From positions 13,437 through 77,436 of the forward strand of contig JBDLIM010000007.1 of assembly GCA_039714915.1 (NCBI GenBank): a stretch of 64,000 nucleotides of DNA. The letters are read 5' to 3'. The notes beneath the pieces were generated by a model. That model made no database searches, had not been told where the DNA came from, and worked only from the letters and a program-made list of their open reading frames with translations. This DNA comes from Bacteroidota bacterium. Its GTDB lineage: Bacteria; Bacteroidota; Bacteroidia; Bacteroidales; GCA-2748055. This document shows positions 36,738 through 46,329 of this stretch, in pieces; within the stretch, counting starts at the first letter, position 1; each line of letters opens with the position of its first letter. The position numbers were made by a program, and so were the translations under genes.

Positions 36738-37918
36738 TGTTTATCCATCAAATTGGCCCATTCGGGCAGTGGTCGGATTGAAGGTTTCCGGCCGTACAAA
36801 ACATCGTCCAATTTAATGGCCAGATACCGGAAAACCAAATTATTTTTAATAGCTGCTCTGACAAGGCGATGAAACCAGTTGTCGGGGTGACTATAAGGGC
36901 AGACAGAAATACACCTTCCACAATCGGTTCCCGAGGTGGTCCAGAAGTGATAACATTTCTCGGAATTGATCTGCCACCGCTTTATCCCGCCCATTTCCAG
37001 CCTGGGACCATCAGGGATAGCAGCAGCGGGACATACATCAGCACATTTCTTACAGATGTGACAAAAGTGAAGGGTGGAGCTTTCCGGTTTGGGTGAAGAG
37101 TTTACCAAGGGCATGGAAGTACTAACCACGGAGATCCTCACACGGGGGCCCAGGTCAGGAGTCATTAACAATCCCATACGGCCCAGGGTTCCAAGTCCGG
37201 CATCCACCGCCACAAGCGGACAGATCAAATCGTAATTTCCATCAATGTGAGCGGTGGCTTCATAGCCTGATTCTCTTATCCAGGAGGCAAGTTTTAAAGC
37301 GAGTACCCCGGATTGGAGGTATTGTTCGGAGGACTCCATGACGGAAGTTCCTTCCGGAGCTGATTGCATCATCCTGTGCTTCATTTCGACGGTGATGGCA
37401 ATGGCATGTTTGTGTTTCAGCTCGATGGAATGGCCGGAAAGAGGCCCCCTGCCTTTGTGCGAATAGAGGTGATAATCCCTTAATTTTGTGATCCCAACGG
37501 AGTGAGCCCCGGTCTGCTTCATCCAGTGGGTGATAAAATTGCTGGCTTTTTGAGGGCTGATTTCTTTCCTGGAGCCGCTTATGGATCCATGTGTCAGATT
37601 CCCCAGGAAATCAATGAGCTGAAAATTGGCTTTGCTTGCTGCGAAAGTCCCCGGTTCATAGTAACGCGCTTTCTCATCCAGCAATCCCGGAGCCTTTCTT
37701 GACCGCTCGTCTGCCTCCCTGAAGTCAGGGTGTTCGGCATAGTAAGAGTCATAGCTTTTGGTTCCTGGTGTGAGCAAGCGTCGGGAAAGTACAGCATCTG
37801 CTTCATGAATTCTTCCGGAAGGAGGCTGATAGCTGAATGATCCGGCACCTTTAATTGGCAGGATGAGAATTATAAAGAATACTCCCAGGATGCTTAGAAT
37901 AACTAATGCCAGGCTCAT
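36734..37918 (-). CDS. Membrane-anchored reductive-dehalogenase-like / QueG-like Fe-S protein (two 4Fe-4S motifs)
   Basis: 394 aa with an N-terminal TM helix and no twin-arginine motif. It has CHICKKCADVCP (CxxCxxCxxxCP) followed by CYHFWTTSGTDCGRCISVCP (C-x10-CxxCxxxCP), the arrangement seen in RdhA/QueG-type enzymes. It has an ATGA overlap with the downstream SLC13 gene. Confidence 0.65.
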   Translation of the reverse strand: MSLALVILSILGVFFIILILPIKGAGSFSYQPPSGRIHEADAVLSRRLLTPGTKSYDSYYAEHPDFREADERSRKAPGLLDEKARYYEPGTFAASKANFQLIDFLGNLTHGSISGSRKEISPQKASNFITHWMKQTGAHSVGITKLRDYHLYSHKGRGPLSGHSIELKHKHAIAITVEMKHRMMQSAPEGTSVMESSEQYLQSGVLALKLASWIRESGYEATAHIDGNYDLICPLVAVDAGLGTLGRMGLLMTPDLGPRVRISVVSTSMPLVNSSPKPESSTLHFCHICKKCADVCPAAAIPDGPRLEMGGIKRWQINSEKCYHFWTTSGTDCGRCISVCPYSHPDNWFHRLVRAAIKNNLVFRYLAIKLDDVLYGRKPSIRPLPEWANLMDKQ

Positions 37919-37992
37919 GAGGTGGAATGTATATGCTGCAATAGTAAAAAAAAATCCTTAATTTGATGGGCTGACCTCACTGGAATGCATTT

Positions 37993-39807
37993 ATGAAGTT
38001 TCCCCGATATCTGTTTCCCATGCTTATTTTTACAGGGCTATGTCCTGGAATTTTTGGACAGGCGGGCTTTACCAATCAGACCAGAGCCCTTTACATTCTG
38101 GATATATCCAGATACGTGGAATTCAATGCCAGCCTGAATGAGCAGGAAGATTTCATTATTACCATTCTTGAAAAGGAGGTGGATCTGTACTGGGAGCTGG
38201 AAAGACTGGCTAAAACCAGGAAAACCATTCAGGATAAGCCCATCCGGATCCTGATGAGCTCGCAGATTTCCAAAATTCAGCCAGGGAATGTGGTATTTGT
38301 AAATAGTGAAGATGGCTATCAGATTAAGGATGTGCTTAAAGCTTTAAAGGGATCAAATACCCTGCTTATATCCGAAGGCTACCCCTTCCGTTCTTCCATG
38401 ATCAATTTTGTGGTGATTGACGGGGATCCAAAGTTTGAGGCCAACGAGGAACTAATGACCAGTGTAGGTCTTTATGTGAATGACCTTTTTCTTGCACAGG
38501 CTGTCAAAACACGCGAGGATTGGGAAGCCCTGTATGAGGTGACGGAGGGTGAATTGAAAATAGAAAAGGGAATTACCCAGCAACAGGCTCTTCTGATTGA
38601 ACAGCAGCAAAAGGAAATCGGTGATCAGGAGGCAATGATCAATGAAAACAATGCAACCCTTTCCATGCTCAGGGGAGAGATTGAGGCAAGGGAGAAGGAG
38701 ATTGAACAAAAATCGGAAGTGCTTGAGAAGCAAAAGGCAGAGATTGAGAATCAGAAGGGCACCATTGAGGATCAGGTGGCTGAAGTGGCTTTGCAAAGGG
38801 AAATCCTGTTTAATCAGGAAAGGAACATCCTGGCAAAGGAAAGCACTATTTCTGCCAGGGAGGACGAGATCAGGGTGCAGGATGAAAAAATTGTACTGCA
38901 GGCAGAGGCCATCCAGAAGCAGAAGATTATCATCATTGCGGCTGTTCTTGCCATGCTGCTTTTATTTGGCCTGGTATATTTTATCTGGAGGAATTACAGG
39001 AATAAGAAGAAAGCGAACATTCTTCTCCAGTCACAACGGGATCAGATTGCTTATCAGAAGAAGCATATTACAGACAGCATTCAATACGCGAAAAAAATAC
39101 AAACTGCCATTTTACCATCCCTGGAACTATTTACGGATAAAGTGGAGCACTTTGTGCTTTTTAAACCCAGGGATATCGTAAGCGGTGATTTTTACTGGGT
39201 GGAAGAAATTGAAGGGAATCTGATTATCATCGCAGCCGATTGTACCGGTCATGGTGTTCCGGGAGCATTTATGAGCATGCTGGGAGTAAGCATGTTGAAT
39301 GAAATTGTTTTGAATGAGGGGATTAGCAGACCGGATAAAATCCTGAATGCCCTCAGGGAAAAGATCATTGTCGCATTGAGGCAGGAACCGGATAGCATGA
39401 TCAAGGACGGGATGGATATGACCATTTGCGTTTTGGATCGATCCAGGAAAAAGCTGCTGTACAGCGGAGCGGAGAATCCACTCTGTCATATTTCAGACGG
39501 AGAACTGAATCTGGTGAAAGGAGATAAAATGCCTGTGGCCATTCACGAAGTGATGGAGCCCTTTACATTGCATGAACTGGATTTGAAAAGCGGAGACACC
39601 TTCTACACCTTCTCGGATGGCTATGCAGATCAGTTTGGCGGATCGAAGCAAAAGAAATTTATGATCAAAAACTTCAGGAACCAGCTATTAAGCATCCAGG
39701 ACCTGCCTATGATAGAGCAGGGCAGAAGGCTTGACGAGGTGTTTGAAGAGTACCGCAGCGATCTGGATCAGGTGGATGATGTGGTGGTGATCGGAGTGAA
39801 GGTCTAG
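37993..39807 (+). CDS. Transmembrane SpoIIE/PP2C-family protein phosphatase with a periplasmic YfiR/DUF4154-like domain and a long coiled coil
   Basis: 604 aa. In order it has a signal peptide, a ~170-aa domain (ALYILDISRYVEF...), a ~130-aa Q/E/K-rich coiled coil, and a TM helix (IIIIAAVLAMLLLFGLVYFIW). The PP2C domain carries SGDFYWV, DCTGHGVPGAFMSMLG and FSDGYADQFGG. Confidence 0.85.
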   Translation: MKFPRYLFPMLIFTGLCPGIFGQAGFTNQTRALYILDISRYVEFNASLNEQEDFIITILEKEVDLYWELERLAKTRKTIQDKPIRILMSSQISKIQPGNVVFVNSEDGYQIKDVLKALKGSNTLLISEGYPFRSSMINFVVIDGDPKFEANEELMTSVGLYVNDLFLAQAVKTREDWEALYEVTEGELKIEKGITQQQALLIEQQQKEIGDQEAMINENNATLSMLRGEIEAREKEIEQKSEVLEKQKAEIENQKGTIEDQVAEVALQREILFNQERNILAKESTISAREDEIRVQDEKIVLQAEAIQKQKIIIIAAVLAMLLLFGLVYFIWRNYRNKKKANILLQSQRDQIAYQKKHITDSIQYAKKIQTAILPSLELFTDKVEHFVLFKPRDIVSGDFYWVEEIEGNLIIIAADCTGHGVPGAFMSMLGVSMLNEIVLNEGISRPDKILNALREKIIVALRQEPDSMIKDGMDMTICVLDRSRKKLLYSGAENPLCHISDGELNLVKGDKMPVAIHEVMEPFTLHELDLKSGDTFYTFSDGYADQFGGSKQKKFMIKNFRNQLLSIQDLPMIEQGRRLDEVFEEYRSDLDQVDDVVVIGVKV

Positions 39808-40034
39808 TCACATACCCAATAGGTGGTAACCCCACCAACCGTAACTGGCGAAGAATTTTCCCTGTCCTTCAGATCATCCCCGCAGAAAGGTAGCGGTGTT
39901 GCATAGGTAGTCGTTCCATCTGCTTGTTCTGTTGCCAGTTTGCAATTTCCGCACTCCTCAATTAAATCACATGCCTGAAGGAATCCCAATGCAAACAGGA
40001 TGACTGCACCGATAAGTATTTTTCTTTTTCTCAT
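39804..40034 (-). CDS. Small Cys-rich lipoprotein, unknown function
   Basis: 76 aa with a lipobox (LGFLQAC) and six Cys residues. It has a 4-nt convergent overlap with the phosphatase gene stop (CTAG). Confidence 0.45.
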   Translation of the reverse strand: MRKRKILIGAVILFALGFLQACDLIEECGNCKLATEQADGTTTYATPLPFCGDDLKDRENSSPVTVGGVTTYWVCD

Positions 40035-40168
40035 TTGCTTAATACTGGTTAAGGAACAAAGATATACAGATACCAGATTTGTTATGTTTTTATACGAGGC
40101 TTTTTAATAAAAGGTTCTCTTTGGTAAAGGGCTTATTGTTAAATTCGTGGAGTGCTTTTTTCTGAAAT

Positions 40169-43100
40169 ATGAGGACAAAACGTAAATACAGGGTTCTTAG
40201 GATTCTGGGCTGGATAGTGTTGAGTTTTTTTACATTGATCCTGCTTCTTACCCTGGGCTTCTACCTGGGGCGGGATCGGATTATGAACCGGGCTGTTTCT
40301 TATCTAAATGAGAATCAACCTGGCGAGGTACAGATGGAGAAGATGAACCTGATTCCCTTTATGAATTTTCCGGATGTATCTCTTCAGTTGAGAAACTTGA
40401 GTTATTATGAAAAGGCCATACATCCCGATTCATTGTACCAGGAACCCATTCTCGGCTTAAATGAAGTTTACATTACCCTGGATGTGATTGACCTGATCAG
40501 GAAGGATATTCAGGTTTCTGAAACCAGAATCGAGAAAGGATTTCTCAGGCTCGAGATGTATGAAGATAGCATCAGCAATCTGGAAAAGGCCCTGGGCATG
40601 CGAATCAGCAAGAATGGAAAGGCTGAGGAATCTTCCGGGCTGCCTTTGTTAAGGGTTAATCTTGAAAAGATGGAGCTCACCGATATATTGCTTATCATGA
40701 ATGACCGGACCGGGAACATGCACCTGATGCTACAGGTGAATCAGCTGGAGAGCAGTTTTAGCTATCTTCCCGAAATAATTGAGGCATCTATTGAAGTAAA
40801 TATGAATATAAATAATGTTAAGTATTTGACATACAAGGATGAAACTAAAAGAAATATATTATTCGAAAGCAAGGCAACACTGAATCCGGAGTCAAAAACG
40901 ATCCATGTAAAACCCAGCAGGCTGGAAGTTTCGGGTCTGGAGCTGGAGACCTGGGGGAGCTATGCTTATTTCGATAAACCGAAGGTCGATTTCGAGTTCA
41001 GGGCAAAAAATGAAGGTCTGGAATTATTGAATTACATATTTCGGGGCATCCTGGATCTGGATGAGCTGGAACAAATTGGCGAAGGAAGCATAAATCTTTC
41101 TGGAGATATCCGGGGATTTCTGGGGGACACTCTTCCGGTGGTTCACATAACTGGCAGCGCCGATGAGCTTGGTTTCCGGATTAAATCCATTCAGAAGGAT
41201 GTCAGGGAAATTTCCTTTAAAGTAGATGCCAGCAATGGAAGCAGGATTGATTTCAGTGATGGATTTCTAAAAATTGAAAATTTCAAGGCAAAATTTCCTG
41301 AAGGAGATATCAGTGCCAATATATCAGCTGTTAACCTGGCTTCACCTGAACTAAAAGTTGAATTACAGGGAGAGGTGGATCTGCTGGGCATGGATGAGAT
41401 GATACAGACTGATCTTTTTTCCCGTCTGGAAGGCAGGGTAGCCATTGATGGGGATATGGAAGGTAGTTTAGACCGGGAAAGCGGAAAATTTCTGAATAAG
41501 CGGGGATACATCCATACCCGGCTTGAGGATGTGAGTTTTTTGCTTCATGGAGACAGTTCAACAGTGGATAGTGTGAAGCACCTGAATGGACAGTTGGACC
41601 TGGAACAGAACGTACTGGCTGGAAAGAACCTGGGATTTGAATACAATGGAAACCAGATGAATGTGGGTTTTCAAATTGAGAACATCCTGTTTTATTCAAT
41701 GGGTTTTGATAAGGATGTAAAAGCTGAACTTTCAGCTTCTGCCGATAAGCTGAAAGTCGCATCCCTGATGCAGGATACAAGCCTGACTAATTTACTCGGA
41801 GACGAGCTGAGAGGATTGCATTTTCGTGCCGGAGCATATATCACATCTGAGGAACTGGATAATTTTCTGAAATCTAAAACGCTTCCTGAACTTGAGCTCA
41901 CCCTGGATAGCTTTGGCATAGAACTCCCGGTATATGCAGATATATCGAACATGAATGCCTCTTTAAGCATCAGTGCCGATACACTCTTGTTTCATTATTT
42001 AAATGGGGTGGTAGGGGAAAGTGAATTTAGCTTCTCCGGTCATCTGGCACATTACGGGATTCTGACCGGTCAGGATTCAGCTGAGATGGTCAGTCTGGAA
42101 TTTGATATCTCCTCGGACCTGATGCTGGCAGAAGATTTCTTCACCCTGAATAATGAGTTTTTACTTCCTGAAGCCTACCAGTCTGAGTACCTGGAGGATT
42201 TTCACCTGGATGGAACTGTGGATTTACCGGCAGAAGGATTGTTAAACGATAGTCTCTCGGTTGATTTCGCTCTGAATATCCGGGACCTGGCATGGAATTT
42301 CAGGTACTATCCTCTTTCTTTCGAAAATTTCCTGATGCAGGTAAACAGGGAAGGAGAACAGCTCCATATAGAAAACTTCCAGGGAAGGGTTGGGGAAAGT
42401 AACCTGAAGATGCAGGCCAGGCTGGAGAATTTCAGGGACAGCCTGGTGGAGAACCTGAAAGGGGAATTAGTTCTTGAATCAGATCTGCTTGATTTTAACA
42501 AGTTATTGAATTACCAGGTGCCCGCTGAGATAGCTGAGGATGATTCAGTAACAATGGCTGCTAAAGAACCTCCCAGACTGGATCAGATTTCCTATCCGCA
42601 ATTCAGCTTCACGGTAGACATTGAGGAGCTCAGGTATGGAGATTTTAATTTCTATGATCTGAATGGCCGGCTCAGGTCCTCCAATGAAAAGATCTTTCAC
42701 CTGGATCAATTGTCCCTTTCCGGAAGAAGCGGAGGATCCATGGCCTTTCACGGACAGTTCAATGTGGCCAATCCGTACATGTATACATTCAGTGCCGAGA
42801 TGGACATGCAGGAGATGAACATAGATGACCTGGATATTGAGATGCAGACAGGTGATACCCTGTATACCCTGAAGGAAAATTTTGACGGACGCGTAAGTGC
42901 CGATGGCATTGCAGAGATTTTTATCACTCCCGATCTGGAGGTGGATATGGCTGCCACCACAGCCATTTTCAATGTGCGCATCGACGACGGCGCACTGATT
43001 AACTTCACACCCCTGCAGGCTGCTGCAAAATTCCTGGATAACAGAGACCTTAACTACGTGAAATTTGCCACCCTTCAAAACAGCTTTCCGCTAACATTGA

Positions 43101-43387
43101 TGGATTCAAAAATTATTGTCCCATTAATGAATGTGGAATCCACCGTCGGACAGATGTTAATTGAAGGTGAACAGGGTCTGGATAAGAGTTTCCTTTACCT
43201 TCTGAGGATACCGCCCAATCTGGCCCGTGAAGCTGCCAGAAGTGTTCTTACCGATGCAAAGGATAAGGAAGAGGAAGATCAGATACAGGAAATGAGAAGG
43301 GGAAATTTCTATAATATGACCGTTTGGAGTGATGGAATTAATTCTGATTTCAAACTTGGGGATAAACGGGATAAATTTCAGGAATGA
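40169..43387 (+). CDS. AsmA/TamB-like large envelope protein
   Basis: 1072 aa with a single N-terminal TM anchor (ILGWIVLSFFTLILLLTLGFYL), then a long repetitive beta-rich sequence. The AsmA-like start is RIMNRAVSYLNENQPGEVQMEKMNLIPFMNFPDVSLQLRNLSY. The family call is from overall pattern only. Confidence 0.55.
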   Translation: MRTKRKYRVLRILGWIVLSFFTLILLLTLGFYLGRDRIMNRAVSYLNENQPGEVQMEKMNLIPFMNFPDVSLQLRNLSYYEKAIHPDSLYQEPILGLNEVYITLDVIDLIRKDIQVSETRIEKGFLRLEMYEDSISNLEKALGMRISKNGKAEESSGLPLLRVNLEKMELTDILLIMNDRTGNMHLMLQVNQLESSFSYLPEIIEASIEVNMNINNVKYLTYKDETKRNILFESKATLNPESKTIHVKPSRLEVSGLELETWGSYAYFDKPKVDFEFRAKNEGLELLNYIFRGILDLDELEQIGEGSINLSGDIRGFLGDTLPVVHITGSADELGFRIKSIQKDVREISFKVDASNGSRIDFSDGFLKIENFKAKFPEGDISANISAVNLASPELKVELQGEVDLLGMDEMIQTDLFSRLEGRVAIDGDMEGSLDRESGKFLNKRGYIHTRLEDVSFLLHGDSSTVDSVKHLNGQLDLEQNVLAGKNLGFEYNGNQMNVGFQIENILFYSMGFDKDVKAELSASADKLKVASLMQDTSLTNLLGDELRGLHFRAGAYITSEELDNFLKSKTLPELELTLDSFGIELPVYADISNMNASLSISADTLLFHYLNGVVGESEFSFSGHLAHYGILTGQDSAEMVSLEFDISSDLMLAEDFFTLNNEFLLPEAYQSEYLEDFHLDGTVDLPAEGLLNDSLSVDFALNIRDLAWNFRYYPLSFENFLMQVNREGEQLHIENFQGRVGESNLKMQARLENFRDSLVENLKGELVLESDLLDFNKLLNYQVPAEIAEDDSVTMAAKEPPRLDQISYPQFSFTVDIEELRYGDFNFYDLNGRLRSSNEKIFHLDQLSLSGRSGGSMAFHGQFNVANPYMYTFSAEMDMQEMNIDDLDIEMQTGDTLYTLKENFDGRVSADGIAEIFITPDLEVDMAATTAIFNVRIDDGALINFTPLQAAAKFLDNRDLNYVKFATLQNSFPLTLMDSKIIVPLMNVESTVGQMLIEGEQGLDKSFLYLLRIPPNLAREAARSVLTDAKDKEEEDQIQEMRRGNFYNMTVWSDGINSDFKLGDKRDKFQE

Positions 43388-46329
43388 GGGAAGTAATTTT
43401 TGCACTTGGCTATATGCCACACCGGCTCTGGGGAAGTATTTTACAGGCCCAGTTTCTGGAAAAGGAAAGAGAGAAAGAGTTTTATATCCCCACCGAATAC
43501 ATTCAGAATGATCCGTCCACAAAGGCTTATCAAAGGCTTACACCCATGCAAAGAGCTGTAATTCAGTTTGTGGATGCCTATAGCGACCGGAACCTTCACC
43601 GGGTATTTTCAAAAAAGAAAACTGTAAAGGAGTTTCAGGACAATGTGGATCGGGATGTTATTCAAAAGCACATACGCCCCTTTATTGAGCGGCATATGTA
43701 TCAGGCCCTGGAAATAGCCCGGGATAACAGTTTACGCATATTTGTGAAGGATAAGAGCAACCGGAATGTATTTGAAGAAGATTTTATCAGGATTGAAAGA
43801 CATCCGGCTGATCCGGTATTCATTTTCAGGTACCGGAATGGCTTGTCCTATACACTGAACCTGACTCATGGACAGAACAGGCTGATCCTGAACAATAGCT
43901 TTGCTGAGATTGTCAGCCATGAGCCCTGTGCCTTGCTTCTGAGGGATTCGCTCTTCTTTATCAATGAGATTGATGGCAAGAAACTGAAACCCTTTATGGT
44001 GAAAGAGCAGGTGGAGATACCCGAAAAAGTGGAGCAAAAATATTTTGCAAGCTTTGTCCGGAACAGCCTTCGTGATTTCAAAACCCTTACGGAAGGAATA
44101 GATGTGAAAGAACTTCAAGCTGTCAAAGAAGCCGAACTGGTGCTTGAGGAGGGAATAAATAATCAGCCTGTATGGATACTTTCCTATGTATATAATGGTC
44201 AGGCCATTTATGGGGATAGCGGTATTAGCAGGTTTGTATACTATACGGGGAAGAAAGGATCTCCAGTTTTTGAACGCTTTGAAAGGGATCTTGCCTGGGA
44301 GGAAAGCAAGGCCATAGCATTAAATGAATTGGGTTTTACCTCCAGGGATGGGAAGCAGTTTACCTTGAATAAAAAGTTTAATTTAGCAAATGAAAGTTGC
44401 TTATATTCAGCTATTAATTTTGTTAATGAATCCGGGGTATACCTTGAAGAAGCAGATATTAGGCTAAGACAACGCCTGAACCAGGATTATTACCTGGAAA
44501 AAATTGATCTGCTGCTTGAGTCCAAAGAAAGGGAAGATTGGTTTGACCTGCATATGGTGGTCCGTTTTGCAACGCATGCAGTTCCTTTCTTTGAATTGAA
44601 AAAACACATCCTGGAAGGAAACAGGGAATATCTCCTTCCTGACGGAAAGGTAGCCATCCTGCCGGAAGAGTGGTTTGCGAGGTACAGGTCCATTTTCGAG
44701 TTTGGGAAAATAGAAAAAGACCGGATCCTGATCCACAAGCAGCATTTTTCAATGATGGAGGGTCCGGTCAGGGATTTTCATTCCAAAACCCTTTCCAGGT
44801 TTCAGCAGCTAAATGAAGTTGAATCGATCCCGGAGCGGGGTCTTCCCGGTGGATTGAATGCTGAAATGCGAAACTACCAGGTGGAGGGCTATAAGTGGCT
44901 GTGTTTTCTGCAGCAGAATGGTTTCGGAGGCTGCCTGGCCGACGACATGGGACTGGGAAAGACCTTACAGGCCATAGCGGTGTTATTGCGTTCCAAAGAA
45001 AACCAGAAAAACAAGCCCGAAGGTTCCGGCAGCGATGCAAAGGTTCCGTCGATACATGGACAGCTAGCCATGTTCGGGACCGGCGGTGTGAAGCTAACCT
45101 CACTGATAGTGGCCCCTGCTTCACTTATGCATAACTGGAAAAGTGAAATCAGCCGTTTTGCGCCGGGCATCAAGGTATTTACCCATACCGGTAGTCAGCG
45201 AAACAGGGAGCTTACCAATTTTTCTTACTACGATGTCATCCTGTCCACCTACCATACGGTACGTCAGGATATTTCTACTTTATCCACCTATCCCTTTCAC
45301 TATGTCATCCTGGATGAAAGCCAGATGATTAAGAATCCCTCTTCCAAGCTTTACCAGTCGATCATCGAGCTTCAGTCCGATCATAAGATCGTTTTAACCG
45401 GAACTCCCATTGAGAATTCGCTCACAGATCTCTGGTCGCAGATCAATTTTGTAAATCCCGGTTTGCTTGGGACTTTAAGTTTTTTCAAGCGCAGTTTTGT
45501 GTACTCCATTGAGAAGAAGAAGGATGAGCAGAGGGAGAAAAAACTGAAGGAACTCATAAATCCTTTTATTCTCAGGCGAACAAAGCAGGAAGTAGCTCAG
45601 GAGCTTCCCCCTGTATACGAGCAGATTCGTTATTGCAACATGACGGAAGGGCAAAGGAGGTTTTATGAAGAGGAAAAATCGCTTGCACGAAATTCCATTC
45701 TGGAGAACCTGGAAGAAATGAGCCTTGAAAAATCTTCCATGGTGGTTCTCCAGGCCTTAACCCGCCTAAGGCAGATTGCCAATCATCCTGGCCTGGTTGA
45801 GAATCCCAATGCCCTGGATTCGGGTAAATTTACGGAAGTATACCGGGATATTGAAAGTGTACTTTCCGAAGGTCATAAAGTGCTTATGTTCTCTTCTTTT
45901 GTGAAACATCTGAATCTCTTCAGGACCCGTCTTGATGAGGAGGGGCTGAACTATGCTTATCTGACGGGAGCGCAAAACCATCTGCAGAGACAAAAGGCTG
46001 TACAGGAATTTCAGAACAACCCGGGCTGTTCGCTGTTTCTGATTTCCTTAAAGGCCGGGGGTGTGGGACTGAATCTTACGGCGGCGGATTATGTATTTAT
46101 TCTGGATCCCTGGTGGAATCCGGCTGCTGAAATGCAGGCATTGAACCGGGCGCACCGGATCGGACAGGAGAAGAGTGTCTTTGTTTACAGGTTCATCTCT
46201 AACGATACCATAGAAGAGAAAATTCAAAGGCTGCAGGCGCTTAAAAGAGAATTGGCCAAGGCCTTTGTCACATCGAACAATCCTTTGAAGAGCCTGTCTG
46301 AGAAGGAACTGCTTGAACTTTTTGCTTAG
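43384..46329 (+). CDS. SNF2-family helicase/ATPase with a ~480-aa bacterial N-terminal extension
   Basis: 981 aa with helicase motif I LADDMGLGKTLQAI, motif II ILDESQMIKN, TGTPIENSL, and C-terminal motifs LISLKAGGVGLNLTAADYVFILDPWWNPAAEMQALNRAHRIGQ. It has an ATGA overlap with the AsmA-like gene. Confidence 0.9.
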   Translation: MREVIFALGYMPHRLWGSILQAQFLEKEREKEFYIPTEYIQNDPSTKAYQRLTPMQRAVIQFVDAYSDRNLHRVFSKKKTVKEFQDNVDRDVIQKHIRPFIERHMYQALEIARDNSLRIFVKDKSNRNVFEEDFIRIERHPADPVFIFRYRNGLSYTLNLTHGQNRLILNNSFAEIVSHEPCALLLRDSLFFINEIDGKKLKPFMVKEQVEIPEKVEQKYFASFVRNSLRDFKTLTEGIDVKELQAVKEAELVLEEGINNQPVWILSYVYNGQAIYGDSGISRFVYYTGKKGSPVFERFERDLAWEESKAIALNELGFTSRDGKQFTLNKKFNLANESCLYSAINFVNESGVYLEEADIRLRQRLNQDYYLEKIDLLLESKEREDWFDLHMVVRFATHAVPFFELKKHILEGNREYLLPDGKVAILPEEWFARYRSIFEFGKIEKDRILIHKQHFSMMEGPVRDFHSKTLSRFQQLNEVESIPERGLPGGLNAEMRNYQVEGYKWLCFLQQNGFGGCLADDMGLGKTLQAIAVLLRSKENQKNKPEGSGSDAKVPSIHGQLAMFGTGGVKLTSLIVAPASLMHNWKSEISRFAPGIKVFTHTGSQRNRELTNFSYYDVILSTYHTVRQDISTLSTYPFHYVILDESQMIKNPSSKLYQSIIELQSDHKIVLTGTPIENSLTDLWSQINFVNPGLLGTLSFFKRSFVYSIEKKKDEQREKKLKELINPFILRRTKQEVAQELPPVYEQIRYCNMTEGQRRFYEEEKSLARNSILENLEEMSLEKSSMVVLQALTRLRQIANHPGLVENPNALDSGKFTEVYRDIESVLSEGHKVLMFSSFVKHLNLFRTRLDEEGLNYAYLTGAQNHLQRQKAVQEFQNNPGCSLFLISLKAGGVGLNLTAADYVFILDPWWNPAAEMQALNRAHRIGQEKSVFVYRFISNDTIEEKIQRLQALKRELAKAFVTSNNPLKSLSEKELLELFA

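Noticed and set aside
43384-46329. Whether the SNF2 helicase is part of a phage-defence system (DISARM/BREX-like).
   Set aside because: I found no adjacent methyltransferase, phospholipase D/nuclease, DUF1998, PglZ or similar partner genes. Its only coupled neighbour is an AsmA-like envelope protein. The defence interpretation is unsupported, and the odd coupling is reported instead.
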